A DNA stretch of 63,086 nt, counting the filler, from Phoronis australis (taxonomy: Eukaryota; Animalia; Phoronida): NCBI GenBank assembly GCA_002633005.1. It is 12 parts of 12 records of this genome, joined end to end, with 100 filler letters (N's around TTAATTAATTAA, not from the genome) between each part and the next. Parts side by side here need not be neighbours in the genome. Positions count along the whole stretch, not along the records: positions 13,180 to 16,050 come from NMRA01003358.1; positions 16,151 to 18,929 come from NMRA01003429.1; positions 19,030 to 26,108 come from NMRA01002074.1; 9 more parts are not named here. One strand, given 5' to 3'. This document shows positions 13,680 through 25,088 of this stretch, one piece after another (the stretch's first letter is position 1; every line of letters starts with the position of its first letter). A program made the position numbers and the translations under genes. A model generated the notes under the pieces. The model did no database searches, had not been told where the DNA came from, and saw nothing but the letters and a program-made list of their open reading frames with translations.

Positions 13680-13748
13680 TATAATAAGCGCCCCCCTTGA
13701 ACCGAACTTTTCTAAGCGTAGTGGGCGGTTATTACGGCGAATACGGTA
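13680..13748 (-). mobile_element. Right end of a TA-CCGTA (TcMar/pogo-type) element
   Basis: ATAAGCGCCCCC and GGGCGGTTATTA subterminal motifs ending in TACGG|TA. Confidence 0.5.
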
Positions 13749-13934
13749 TGTTCTCTACCGTATAGGCTCAGCAATGAACGTATAAAGTTCTTAGCTGATA
13801 GTTGGATCATGTGTTAACTGCTTTTAGTGGTAGTCACAAAACGTAAGTCAGCTTCTGCGGTAACCTAAAGCTGTCACAGTGCAAGAACAAGAGAACACAG
13901 AACTTTATGATGTTCAATACCAGTTCCAACTTAC

Positions 13935-13987
13935 CTTTCCCAATCTGTAGCTGTAGTAAAATCGGTTATTTCAAAAACATCGCTGTC
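13935..13987 (-). CDS. RAB3GAP1: Rab3 GTPase-activating protein catalytic subunit, exon 2
   Basis: tag|DSDVFEITDFTTATDWER|gtaag matches the conserved N-terminal VFEITDFTTASEWERF motif. Confidence 0.92.
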
Positions 13988-15401
13988 CTAAAAATAAATG
14001 ACAGAAGAGAATCACAGTTGGAACCTACTTCATTACATGTTAAACACATTTAATCTGGAATGAACTCAAACTGTTATCAGGTAGGGAAATTTTACCTCAA
14101 TCAACTTGAACATATAGGTGACCAGTTATCATTATGGGTCATACTTTCATTGCTCAAACTACTTCCGCATGGTCCATATTCAATTATCTCCACTATGTAC
14201 GCATTTGAGAACACACAGATAATGAGAAGTGAGGAGGCACTGAGGAACGATAGGGGCAATCAATGTGAATGCAGTGTTTGTTTCATGCTGGATTCATGGG
14301 TGCAACAAGAGTCAGAACCCTTTAATGCGAGTCAAATAACTGGATCCGTGAAACCAACAAGTATTACAATCACATTTTACATAAACCCATGGAGCTCACT
14401 TCCAAATAATGGGAGATGATCCTGAACATTCAAAATATTTTGACACCTGAAGTATCAAATCCATGTCTCTGAAAACGCTTCCCGTAAATAACTAGGGAAT
14501 TGTTTGGAGGCTATCGATGTCTTTAAGACCCTCCAAACCTGTCAACTCCTCAGGCTGTCATGCTTTCTTTTTAACCCAACTCACCCTTTACAGTAAAAAT
14601 CAATTGTTTAAAACCACCACATCTACTTTTATTTCTGCTTTTGTAATCTGTCTTTAAAATATTTTTTTTAAATTTCATAGGGTAATTTTTGTGGACAAAC
14701 CACTTTCTTCGATAGCACTTGATAAGACCACGGGTTTGCAAAAAAGTGAGAGCTCTACAATTTGGTCAAACATCCAACATCGGAATTGGCTGGAAAGAGT
14801 GGGAACCACTGGTCTTACCATAATAGTGAGGGAATCTGTCACCCATCTGGTGCTACACAGTCATTCCTGAAAGGCCCTCTATAGCGAGAGTGCTCTTGGC
14901 ATGACCAAACACTGAACTCAGTGTCCGACAGGAAAACTCGGGACTGGGACTAGCCTTGGCGCAAAGCTGTATACAGCTAGCTGGCTTTCTAGACTAAGAC
15001 TGCGACAGGTAGAGTGGCCAAGACTGGGACTGGGGGAGTGCAGGCTGAACTAAAACTAAGCATGCTAAGTATAATACGACCCTGTTGGTTGCCTGGTTCT
15101 CTAAATCTATGACTGGTTATATCCAACCAGTGCCCAGGTGCCCCTGTAAATAAACTCATTTACAGACGGGCTTATTTGTCTAAGGTCAAGGACAAGGTGC
15201 CCAAAAACGCAAAATTTCAAGTCATTCAAGTGAAACGAAATAGCCTGCTTTGTAATTTCATAACATTTTCTCTTAGACTATGCCTGTGTTTGGATACTGT
15301 CTCAAAATATCTACCCGGGAATACCGAATAATTCTTCCTCCACAGCGCAAGAACCGAAAATATTACTCTTGCCATGAAAGTGAAAAGGTAAACAGACTCA
15401 C

Positions 15402-15416
15402 TTCGTCGTCCGCCAT
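15402..15416 (-). CDS. RAB3GAP1: RAB3GAP1 first coding exon (MADDE)
   Basis: aaaaATGGCGGACGACGAA|GTGAGT; phase 0 joins in frame to 13987. Confidence 0.85.
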
Positions 15417-15628
15417 TTTTTTCTGAAGTGACGTTTACGGTGTATTTTTTTCGCATGAAAATATTACTACGTTTTAAGTTCTAGGATGGATAGATCATGA
15501 AACGTTAATGTTAAAAATTCAGATAAATTTCACTCAGAAGGAAGAGTTAATGATGATTTCGTTAAACAAATTACGAGATAAAATGCCACAGGTAGCGCTT
15601 CTAAAGCCCAGTATTTCAAAGCCACACC
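15417..15628. promoter_or_regulatory. Putative bidirectional promoter between RAB3GAP1 and BCDIN3D
   Basis: Only 212 bp separate the divergent start codons on one contig. A GTGACGT CRE-like motif lies near 15428 and a YY1-like GCCATTTT overlaps the RAB3GAP1 ATG. Confidence 0.7.
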
Positions 15629-15796
15629 ATGGAAAAAGAAGTAAAACAGCCGGGTGCTGCAAAGTATGGGAATTTTATAGACTACTATAGGTTTAATCCT
15701 GCACGAAAAAGAATTTCTTTTTTACCCCGTGACTTAGTTACATCACGCGTTTGGACGAAAGGCTGTATTGGTATGGATATAGGGTGCAATACAGGG
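15629..15796 (+). CDS. BCDIN3D: Bin3-family RNA 5'-monophosphate methyltransferase, exon 1
   Basis: caccATGG start; PGAAKYGNFIDYYRFNP..RISFLP and SAM motif I MDIGCNTG, then a GTAAGC donor. Confidence 0.9.
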
Positions 15797-16268
15797 GTAA
15801 GCCATCTATCGTGTTGTAATGGTTCACTACACACTACTCACTCTCAACTAGGGAGAACAGCATTTTTCAAAAATTTTAGAAAATGTGCATGTAATATACA
15901 TCACAGGAAAGCTCTCTACAAGACTAAAAGAACGGTGCAAAAAAATTTTAAATCGGACTTACGGTTCCGGAGAGAATGGTGTTTTTGTGTCAAATTTTTT
16001 GGTAAAAATTCTGTCAAATCAAATTTGTGAGTTTGAAATATAATGGTTACNNNNNNNNNNNNNNNNNNNNNNNNNNNNNNNNNNNNNNNNNNNNTTAATT
16101 AATTAANNNNNNNNNNNNNNNNNNNNNNNNNNNNNNNNNNNNNNNNNNNNTGTTTTTCAACAATTGTCGCCACCACTTTCCATCGGCGAGTGTTCTGCGG
16201 CAAGATAGGTTAGTAGAGAACTCAACTACGTTGGATTTAGGGATTGCTTAGTGTGTTGTAAGCTGAAA

Positions 16269-16560
16269 ATGGCTGGAGTTGGTGACCCGTATCACAGTGA
16301 CAGTAGTGTGAGTGACGGAGACCTTGTTCACAGTAGTGGTGACGAGGAATTTTTTCACGGACATTCAGTGGGTGGGTACATGTTTGAGCCCGAGTATAAC
16401 AAGGCAGAGTACGCACAGGCACAGGCAGCTGCTGAGGGAAACGAGGCGGCTACTGAGGACAGACGTGGTGACACATCTTGGTGCAAATGCACTGTGTGCG
16501 TTGTTTTTCCTACCTCAATGGAATGCTTGTGCTGTTCTGAGTTCGATGAGGCCAAGCCAC
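16269..16560 (+). pseudogene. KolX-like / P2X7-ballast (Nanor)-like Cys-rich ORF, 3'-truncated
   Basis: GYMFEPEY...DRRGDTSWCKCTVCVVFPTSMECLCCSE follows the YxFEP...R.G...WCxCxxC...ECxCCxE pattern. Confidence 0.75.
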
Positions 16561-16564
16561 TACT

Positions 16565-17717
16565 GTACATGGTTAAGTGGACCTCCGGCATACCACGGAC
16601 AGAGGAACAACTGTCCCACTTGCCAGAGTGTCCTGCGACACACTCCCACTGGATGGTGACCTGAGCACCCAAACTTCTTACACCGTGTCGTGTGACTCCC
16701 TCGCCACACACCTGGCACCTTCTAAATAGCTCCAACACTTTAGACAAGTCCACAATTAACGTATCAAAGTTTGGCTCACCGATCTGTTCACTGGACGACG
16801 AACTGTCCTCTTTTCACTGAGCCTGTTATCACTCCCACTACTCAATATCGCTGCAGGGCTGCTTAGAGGCTCTGGGGTGTAGAAAACGGCACAGGGAGAA
16901 TCACTACTGGTTCCAGAAATTGCACGCTCTGGGGTACGTTAGGAGGCACGGGTGACAGTGCCTCCACTGGCCCCAGTCACTGTACTGGCCACAGCTCGCG
17001 AGGCTTCTCGCTTCAAAAACGCACTTCTCGGGAGTGGCGACGGGGCACTGCCGGGAATCAACACAGACGGAATGGCATCCTTCTTCAGACGTTGTTTCGC
17101 AGGGACCTTCANCCACAATAAACTTATCAAAGTTTGGCTCACCGATCTGTTCACTGGACGACGAACTGTCCTCTTCACTGGGTGTCGAGCCTGTAATCAC
17201 TCCCACTACTCAATATCGCTGCAGGGCTGCTTAGAGGCTGTGGGCTGCAGAAAACAGCACAGAACGAATCACCAGTGGTTCCAGGAATTGCACGCTCTGG
17301 GGGTACGTTCGGAGCCACGGGTGACAGCAGATGAAGTGCCTCCACTGGCTCCAGTCACTGTACTGGCCGCAGCTCGCGAGGTTTCTCGCTTCAAATACGC
17401 ACTTCTCGAGTGTGGCGACGGGGCACTGCCAGGAATCAACACAGACGGAATGACAACCTTCTTCAGACGTTGCTTCGCAGGGACCTTCATCAGTTCAGCG
17501 AACAAATCCCTTTCGTAATCGGACGGCAGAAAGTGCTTGGCACACACACGGTAATTCTCCACTGCTTTATACGTTGCGTGAACGGGTAACGCTGCGTTCT
17601 TCACACGAAGGAGCCAAGTACGGGAGTGTCATCCATCGGAAAGCGATGCAAAGGTACTCCCAAGGCGCGCGTGAGCAGATAATTAGTATATCCTGTTACG
17701 CAGCAACAGTGTGGCAT
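16565..17717 (-). pseudogene. THAP-domain transposase, 5' part, frameshifted and internally duplicated
   Basis: MPHCCCVTG..LHRFP..WLLRV..RVCAKHF..RLKKVVIPS is a THAP fold pattern. It is followed by KFIVDL..LELFRRCQVC..WECVAGH..WDS. The catalytic core is absent. Confidence 0.85.
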
Positions 17718-18334
17718 ATTGACTGACTGGTAAATGAAAGCAAACGACGACGGAACTTAACACAACCGAAGTAGAACAATGACTGACTCGGCAGCTCTCA
17801 CAGTCAGACTATATGAAAAGAAATTGGCGCGAAATGCTTGCCTCCTAAAACGTCACTTCCGGAAGAGAGGACGAGTACTTGATAAAATTACGAAAAGCTG
17901 TAATTAAGTGGAAAATATGTCTAGGATAACCAACCAACCTTATTTTAGCTCAAAATGACATGGAAAAAGGTTGCCTTCGCCTTTAAATAATAAATTAACT
18001 ACTGGATTTAATCAATCTCTCTCCATCCACGCACAATCACAAAGCATACCTTTAAGATAAACCCACAGACAACTTCTAACAGTGTAAAATTTGCTTTAGG
18101 ATTGGGATGATTTTCAACCCATATTCAGTTGTTAATAGCCCTCATTTACTGCACACTCGAACACACGAAATATGACAAACTGACCAGACAATGAAATGCA
18201 TACTCTAAATGTGCATGACTCAAATGTCTATCAAATACTTTTATTTCTTAAAACTCGATGGCAATAGCAATGCAATAAGTCTCATAGACATCGAAACAAA
18301 ATATGAGTTCATTCAAAACATCACCTCAACTTAC

Positions 18335-18480
18335 CAGGTATTTACAAACTTCACAAAGTCTGGAGAGAACTGTGAGTCATACATGCTCAGTTCTGGGGCA
18401 GGCCCATTCACTACGTGCTGCAACTGTTCAAACACACAGCTCCACTTCGGGTAAGGGAATTTGCCTGTGGCTAACTCGTA
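18335..18480 (-). CDS. MAP2K4: MAP kinase kinase 4 exon
   Basis: cag|YELATGKFPYPKWSCVFEQLQHVVNGPAPEL..FSPDFVKFVNT|gtaag. Confidence 0.92.
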
Positions 18481-18881
18481 CTGAAATAAAGTAACACTCC
18501 ATAATGTTGCGGAGAAGAAAAGCCATAATAAAGAAATCCCAGACATGAACTGGGAGAATCTACCGAAGGCTCTCTAAAAAGTTGATATTACTTTAAGTAG
18601 CACGTTTTACGTGCATCTCCGTTAAGGTTGATCTATGAAGTATCATGTAATGATGGTGAACTGAATATTGACAAAATGTCAGATTTGATGTGTCAAATGG
18701 AGACATTTAATTTATGATTAGATTGCTATGGTCAAGAACTAAAATGGTGCTGGGTAATTTGCACCAACACTTGCCAGGCAAATATGATTAGCTTCCTGAA
18801 GAGAACACTAATGTGAGTCATGCCTGGTAAACTTCCAGTGCAGGTGCCTTCAGCATCAAATACTCATACAAGCAAACTCAC

Positions 18882-18929
18882 CAGAGTAATGCCTAAACTC
18901 CAGACATCAGACCTAACATCATAACCTCG
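18882..18929 (-). CDS. MAP2K4: MAP2K4 exon (cut by contig break)
   Basis: RGYDVRSDVWSLGITL|gtgagt, in phase with the 18480 exon. Confidence 0.92.
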
Positions 18930-19423
18930 NNNNNNNNNNNNNNNNNNNNNNNNNNNNNNNNNNNNNNNNNNNNTTAATTAATTAANNNNNNNNNNNNNNN
19001 NNNNNNNNNNNNNNNNNNNNNNNNNNNNNATTGGAAGCTATACACTAGCGGAACATGACAGACAGTCGGTCACCTTACTCTTACAGAGCTGCCAACCCAC
19101 ATAATTTGTATCCTTCAGACTAAAAATCTGTATTTTGTGGGTACAAACTGGTAGGACTTCTTTAGAAAGTTTAAATTTCACTTACAAGACATCGTGATCG
19201 TCAAAACAAATTTCAATTTAAAATCATGTTCATACAGGTGAACATCATTAAAAACTTGGCTTGTCAAGTTGCTATGTTGTACCCAGCTAGAGGGATTTCT
19301 CCTCACCTAACACGTTTGTCATGTGAACGCTCTGCTTTCGAGAGCATACTGTGTCAACTAGCTGTTTGAACACGCTGCAAAACACAAAGCTGTAGTTGAC
19401 CAGTAAATAAACTGTTCACTAAC

Positions 19424-19560
19424 CCGTTTTGTTTCCCTTATCTGCGGTTTAGGTCGCAGTAGACTCGTCTCCATCGGAGTGCTGCTGGATTCACTGCTCT
19501 CATCACTGTATCGGCGGTAGTATGGTCCTCCGGGAATGTGTGATGGCTTGCTGAGGCGTT
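19424..19560 (-). CDS. MDM1: MDM1 exon
   Basis: cttcag|ERLSKPSHIPGGPYYRR..RETKR|gttagt; phase-compatible with the upstream exons. Confidence 0.65.
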
Positions 19561-20483
19561 CTGAAGGAACCAAGGCAACAATGACAGTTCAAATTCAATA
19601 AAACTAAATGTAAAATGAAGTTAAAACAACTCAACGAAAGTACAATATATGTGCCCACTCTGTCAACTGATATAAATTAGACATCATTTTTTAACAGAAG
19701 ACAAACCAGTAATTGATCAACATTTGTTTTTGTATCTCCCTAAGAAAGCTCTATTATATAATATAATTATATCACTGCCAACGACAGACAAAACATACAC
19801 ATCAGTGACCTTGTCTACTACATGTAACTTGAGGTAACGGTTCACTTAAATCTTGATGACCCCAGCATTAAACAGGAAGTTTGAGTACGAACTCAAAATC
19901 TTCAATTAAAACTTGAGTTTGTATTTTAATATAGGGGTTATAAAGTGTTCACTTGGACTGCAGACCCATCTGCTTAAATAATGATATACTCGGGCAAACA
20001 ATCAGACACGTTTCGTGTAGTGCATACAGTTTCGAAAGGTGTCAAAGATGCAAAGACCAAAACAGCATTTAAATATCCATATCTTTTCGACTACTATGTT
20101 ACAACTAATGCAAACTCTCAACAAAATCTCAACCAGTGTGGCTCTGTACATTTTGTCAAAATCTCAACAAAATGCCTAGGAAATCCAATTACAAATACAC
20201 AAATAGCAGCTAAGTGATACAGTGTTGCATTAAACTTTGACTTAAGTTCGATAAAAATGGCATTTCATTGCCACAAGTATTTGACAAAATTGCCAAATAA
20301 GTCTGGCAAGCAGTTCGTCAAAGTTTAGCTGAGTGTGACAGTCTGTTGAAGTCTGTAGAGCAGAAGAGGTGTTAAGTGCTGAGATCAGACACTAGGCCCT
20401 GGTGGATTAACCAGATAAATGCCTTCATGTGAACACAGCATTAACCGTTCCCACTCAGTAACTAGGACCATCACCATACTTGC

Positions 20484-20591
20484 CTGGTCGTGGTGCCTGC
20501 TGAGATTGAGAAGTCGACCTGACGGGTCGAAGGTCACTACTGCTGGTAATGGGGTCCTTACGATATGTTATCCCTGCTGGAGGTCTGAAGT
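20484..20591 (-). CDS. MDM1: MDM1 exon ending in a GC donor
   Basis: DFRPPAGITYRKDPI..QAPRP, resembling the MDM1 PAAG...DP segment; ends CAG|GCAAGT, phase 1-1. Confidence 0.7.
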
Positions 20592-21080
20592 CTGAAGTAG
20601 GAATTTAACAGTACGATCAGAGGTGGTTGTGATTAGGAAACAAAGCATGGTCACAGAACCACGAAACACCAGTCTCGTGATTCACCATTTTTGCAGATTT
20701 CAAAACACTTAAAGCATCGAGTCAGAAGAATCCTCATTTGTAAGACTAAATACGTTAAAAGGCCATACCTTACACAAGCTTGTCCGATATTATTCAAGTC
20801 TAGCCACTTCCAAAGATTTTTATGCAAGCTTATTCAAGGTTTTGGAGAAGTACGATTTTTATTGCATGATAAGGACATAAAATATAATCATTGGCTATCA
20901 TGACTGGCCTGCGCCAAACTCATTTCCAAACGTGGGCCACATTGTAAAAAAATAAAAATAAAAATGCCTACTTCAGCTGGCATCAGGTGACACTTAGGAC
21001 AAACTAGAGCCTCGACCAAGACTAATGTGGTCACATTATCACATTAAAGCCACTAGCTTGACCGACCGTCTCCAACCAAC

Positions 21081-21292
21081 CTGCACTCTGTTTCTGTTGT
21101 TTCCCCTTAGGCGCGGGTGACACCAGTATGGCACCGCCTGTGGCGGGGGTGGTCACGTCCAGGTGGTGACGTCGTGTTTCTCCCGTTTGTTTTAGCTCTG
21201 GTGTCGGTATACGTCCATCATCGTCACTATTAATAAGAGTGGATTCACTAGAGCCTGGAGTCGATGCAGTCGATGTCTTGCCACTGAAGCTA
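21081..21292 (-). CDS. MDM1: MDM1 exon
   Basis: GRIPTPELKQTGETRRHHLDVTTPATGGAILVSP matches the conserved GRLPTP..HHDLTTPAVGGAVLVSP block. Confidence 0.9.
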
Positions 21293-21467
21293 CTGAAAAA
21301 CAAGGAAGTCATAATTGGTCATTACTTTTCACAATGACAAATTATAAGGATTCAAGGTCATGTACAGCCTTAGAAAAATTACAAACTTGGCTTAACTATT
21401 ACTCTGTTTTGACAAGGTTATCCAAGGGAAAATAATATGTTAATCACTGTGTCAGTTACACTGGTAA

Positions 21468-21851
21468 ATATAGCGAAATCACTACTGAGAAACTAAAATT
21501 GACGGATGGTAGCAGACGTTTCAGGCTAGTCCGTCAGGCCTTGTCGATGACTGGAGTATATGGAGTATATCCTGCCATACGCTTGAGGACACATAATTGA
21601 ACACCACAGTCCCGATTCAGAGACCATTGGATTCTGATTTTGAAAGAAAGGAATCTATCAAAATCAGGATCCAGCGCCCTTCTTTTGAATTGTGGCTGTA
21701 ATGTTCAATTATCTCTCTTCTGCAGTGACATCCTTATCAAGCATACAGCAGGAATACAGATACTCCAGTCATCGACAAGGACCTGACGGATAAGGCTGAA
21801 ACCTCTGCTACCATCCGTCAGTTTTAGTCTCTCAGTAAGTGACTGCTATAT
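21468..21851. mobile_element. Fold-back of about 380 bp derived from a Penelope-like element 3' end, inside an MDM1 intron
   Basis: Long imperfect inverted arms around about 21650. The centre reads FERKESIKIRIQRPS/LN. The arms carry a decayed hammerhead-like ...GAAACGTC motif. Confidence 0.7.
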
Positions 21852-22088
21852 CTACAAACTTTAACGTTACCAAAGCCCCTGAAGGGGCGTTTTGTACAAT
21901 TAAGTAAGGGGCAGTAATACATATAGGCTGCTTTGGTGTATAAATAAAGCCTATTGCAAATGCTTTGCTTCACGCAGTGTCACGATTAACGAAGCGCAAA
22001 AAATTAATATGTTTAATTCATACTTCCAAAACCAGTATTATCTCGCCACAAGACCCCCCATGTCCAGCACCCCACCATCAATGTTTAC

Positions 22089-22241
22089 CTGACAGAGTCT
22101 GTCTCGCCCCAGGCCAACTTGCGCTTCACGTCTTCGCGTGTCCTATTGACAGAGGACGGTTTACTTTGTGCAGGCTTTGGGGCCGCAGCTGGCTTGTCGA
22201 CACTATCAGGTTTCGCAGCCTTTAAGGCATGGTTATTGTTG
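22089..22241 (-). CDS. MDM1: MDM1 exon
   Basis: tttgcag|..KPAAAPKPAQSKP..EDVKRKLAWGETDSV|gtaaac, phase 2-2; contains RKLAW. Confidence 0.8.
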
Positions 22242-23059
22242 CTGCAAAGTAACAGGCAGACACATGAAGCAGAAATGGAAAATGTAAGTAATGGTACAAT
22301 ATGCAAACACATGACACTACCGCACGGTGTTTGCCCAAAGTAGTGGTTTTGCATCACTTGAAGCAATGAAGCTAAAAGAAATAAGTTAGGTTCCCGGGTT
22401 CGTCGCCTTGAATTCAATTCGCATTAGGAAATCCTTGCACCAGCATGGGTATACACATTTATAGGCTTCTTGCAGGTTCTCATTTTTAATGTTTTTCAAA
22501 GATTAATCGTGAAGTTGACTCTTTCACTGCCAATGTAGGCTTTTGGAGAATTCACAAACAACTCGCCTGTCTCCGGTTTGTCTATTTTTAGATGTACAAG
22601 CAGGGGCGCTAATAACACTTCATGACGTCATACGATCACTTTCGTTTGACAGAATAAATTGTTGAAAAAGTGATTTTTTCTCAAAATTTAGCACAGTTTG
22701 TTTACACTGACTTGTCTCCACTGCTTGGATGAAAGTTAAGGCACCAAGATCTTCGGTCGACAATGTACACCGAAAATTGTTCATGGTTTGGACTCAAAGT
22801 AAATTTAAACTGTCTGAAACTGCACAAAAGCATTCATTACCATATAGAATTGTCACGTTTCATTTAGTTGACCTGGCCATAGTTGTTTTCACCTACAATT
22901 GCGAATACCTTGCAATTATTAATTTCCTCAAAACTTTACTAGCACTGAGATGTGCATCTCACTCTTGAAAACTTGGTAGTGGATGAGTTCAATTTAATTA
23001 CAACATTCATGAATTTGTGATAAAGACAAGGTCAAAGAGGTCAAAGAGGCTGTGCATAC

Positions 23060-23289
23060 CTGACATTGGCAACACCAGCCGATTCCAACGACAATGCAGA
23101 CAGCGACGCATTGGAGCTGACCTCATCCCAGAGTTCCGCTTGCCTTGCCAGAAGCTGCGCGACGTGCTCTCGCGAGAAGTGTGTACCCAGAGACCTCTTG
23201 CGGTACTCATCGGCTTTATTCCTAAGTTCCAACACCTCCGCATACCAGTTAGAGACGGGCGGAATAGCTTCCGGGTCGGCCAAGTTTTC
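23060..23289 (-). CDS. MDM1: MDM1 exon
   Basis: WYAEVLELRNKADEYRKRSLGTHFSREH..LWD is the MDM1 signature block. Confidence 0.93.
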
Positions 23290-23898
23290 CTGAAAAACAA
23301 CAACTCTGTTTCGCCTCACAGTTGAGATAAATGCGCGAGATAGCAGTGTTCCAGCAGGATTAACCGTAATGACAGTAGCAACAACAGAACGTCAATTACA
23401 ATAATCACCTAATTCTTGTAGGGTAGACCAACATGTTTCGTGCTTTCGATTAAATTTCTTATAAGAGTAATTGGATCATGGTTAGGTAATAATTTCCAAA
23501 GACGTGAACCAAGTTGGGCACCAGACTGAAAAATTTGATAAAGGTTGAGACCATTAGTGTATAGCCATGGTTGATATGACAATTCAATCACAAACTGAGC
23601 ATGGTGGCTGAAATTTGAGCGTGGTGGTCAAATTGAGCATGGAAGCCCAGAATGCAAAAAACCTCTAGCGAGAATTGTAGAGATTGGGTCTTGAGTTTCT
23701 TTTTGTTCAAGTCACACCTACGAACAGCTACATGCAGAAAACATGAGCATTTGCTACAAGTCAAGTTTGATCTGTGAGTACACGCTTCACATGAATAAAT
23801 AGAAAAAGAATGTTTGAGTTTCAAGCACCGAAAGCAGTAATTTACTACTTAAACAAATTTCTACAACGGTGTTTTTACCAGCACCGTGTCAGGGATAC

Positions 23899-24001
23899 CT
23901 GAGAGTGAACATGAGGTGGCGCTGCTCCCTTCCAGGCCCCGCCTTCGTACTTGAACTTGGCCGGTGGATTGTAATTGGATTTGTACTCCGTTTTCCACTT
24001 T
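23899..24001 (-). CDS. MDM1: MDM1 exon with a microtubule-binding repeat
   Basis: KWKTEYKSNYNPPAKFKYEGGAW, compare SEYRAKFLSPAQYLYKAGAW; canonical splice sites. Confidence 0.88.
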
Positions 24002-24975
24002 CTGTGAAAGAAATGCAGCTTCAGTAACAAGAATGACAACCGGGGGCAGCTCTCACAACAATTTTAGAAAACAATCATCACTCTAACCACTTCCTCTATC
24101 GTATGGCAATTCTTCACCTATCTAGCAAATACTATGGAGGACGAATTCTATAATTGTAAAAATTGTCCACTAAAATAAAGATTTAGAGAACAGCTACGTA
24201 ATTATGATTTTGTACATGAACATGTCAATTTCAATATGGGGTGGAAAATATGTTGCAAACATTTTATGTCTTGTCAGCACGCCACCTGTTGGTTGTGTGA
24301 TGCGGCCAACAGATGGTGTGCTGACAAGAGTATGATTTTGGTTAGTATGTAAAGTAATCAGCCTTTGAAAAATGCCCACGGACTGTTCACACACAGGCAC
24401 TGCATTTTACATTCACGGTTTTCTTTTCTTTACAAAAACAACGTTCACATGCTTGTGCAGATGAGACATCTAATCAGAGAGTAACATGGTCACATCAATA
24501 GACTTGAAATTGCCAGGTCATGTGATGTGGTCATGTGACCTTGATGACGTACGTACTTTATTCAAGCAAATAGTAACAGAGTCAACAATATTACTTAAAG
24601 AAGCATTATTAGCGGGAAAAGAGAGTTCTAAAATCAGCTTCAGTGTGAAATTGAACCTGGCTGGATCCCATGGTCATAGCCTAATGCTGTACAGGCAGAG
24701 TTAAATCCCAGTCCATAAATGATAAGAGTACTTTAAGCGTATTTAACTGGTGTCATCATCTCCCATGACTTCACCAACTGCTTGGCAGGCAACAACAATT
24801 GGTGATTCGTAATAAAATTACAATTACACCACGAATTTTGCCGTTTTATACCTCTGTCAAAGTGAATAATTTCAAGAAATCTATCTCATCCAATAATAAG
24901 CCCAAAAATTTGTCTTTCCGCCATCACACCAATAATGCCTCTTATAGATAATAATTGTTTTAACACCTCACAGAC

Positions 24976-25088
24976 CTGTGCTTGCCATGTGGTGCATGGA
25001 ACTTGAGGGGATTTTGAGCCTCCTTAATCAGACGCCGCTCTTCCTCAGACCTTGGCACAAGCTCTGCCTCACTCTTGCTCCTCTTCAA
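24976..25088 (-). CDS. MDM1: MDM1 exon
   Basis: ttcacag|LKRSKSEAELVPRSEEERRLIKEAQNPLKFHAPHGKHR; phase 2 fits the next exon. Confidence 0.7.

Larger units (their letters stand above)
16151..17986. mobile_element. Internally deleted Kolobok-type DNA transposon (THAP transposase plus convergent second ORF)
   Basis: Terminus reads TTAA|AGGCGAAGGCAACC on the minus strand. THAP ORF on minus, Cys-rich ORF on plus; the two are fused by a deletion near 16560. The other end is lost at the contig break. Confidence 0.8.

Noticed and set aside
15797-16030. C-terminal part of the 133-aa BCDIN3D ORF
   Set aside because: Intron read-through after the GTAAGC donor; similarity stops at GCNTG.
16952-17518. 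188-aa plus-strand ORF with an internal repeat
   Set aside because: Antisense shadow of the duplicated THAP transposase segment.
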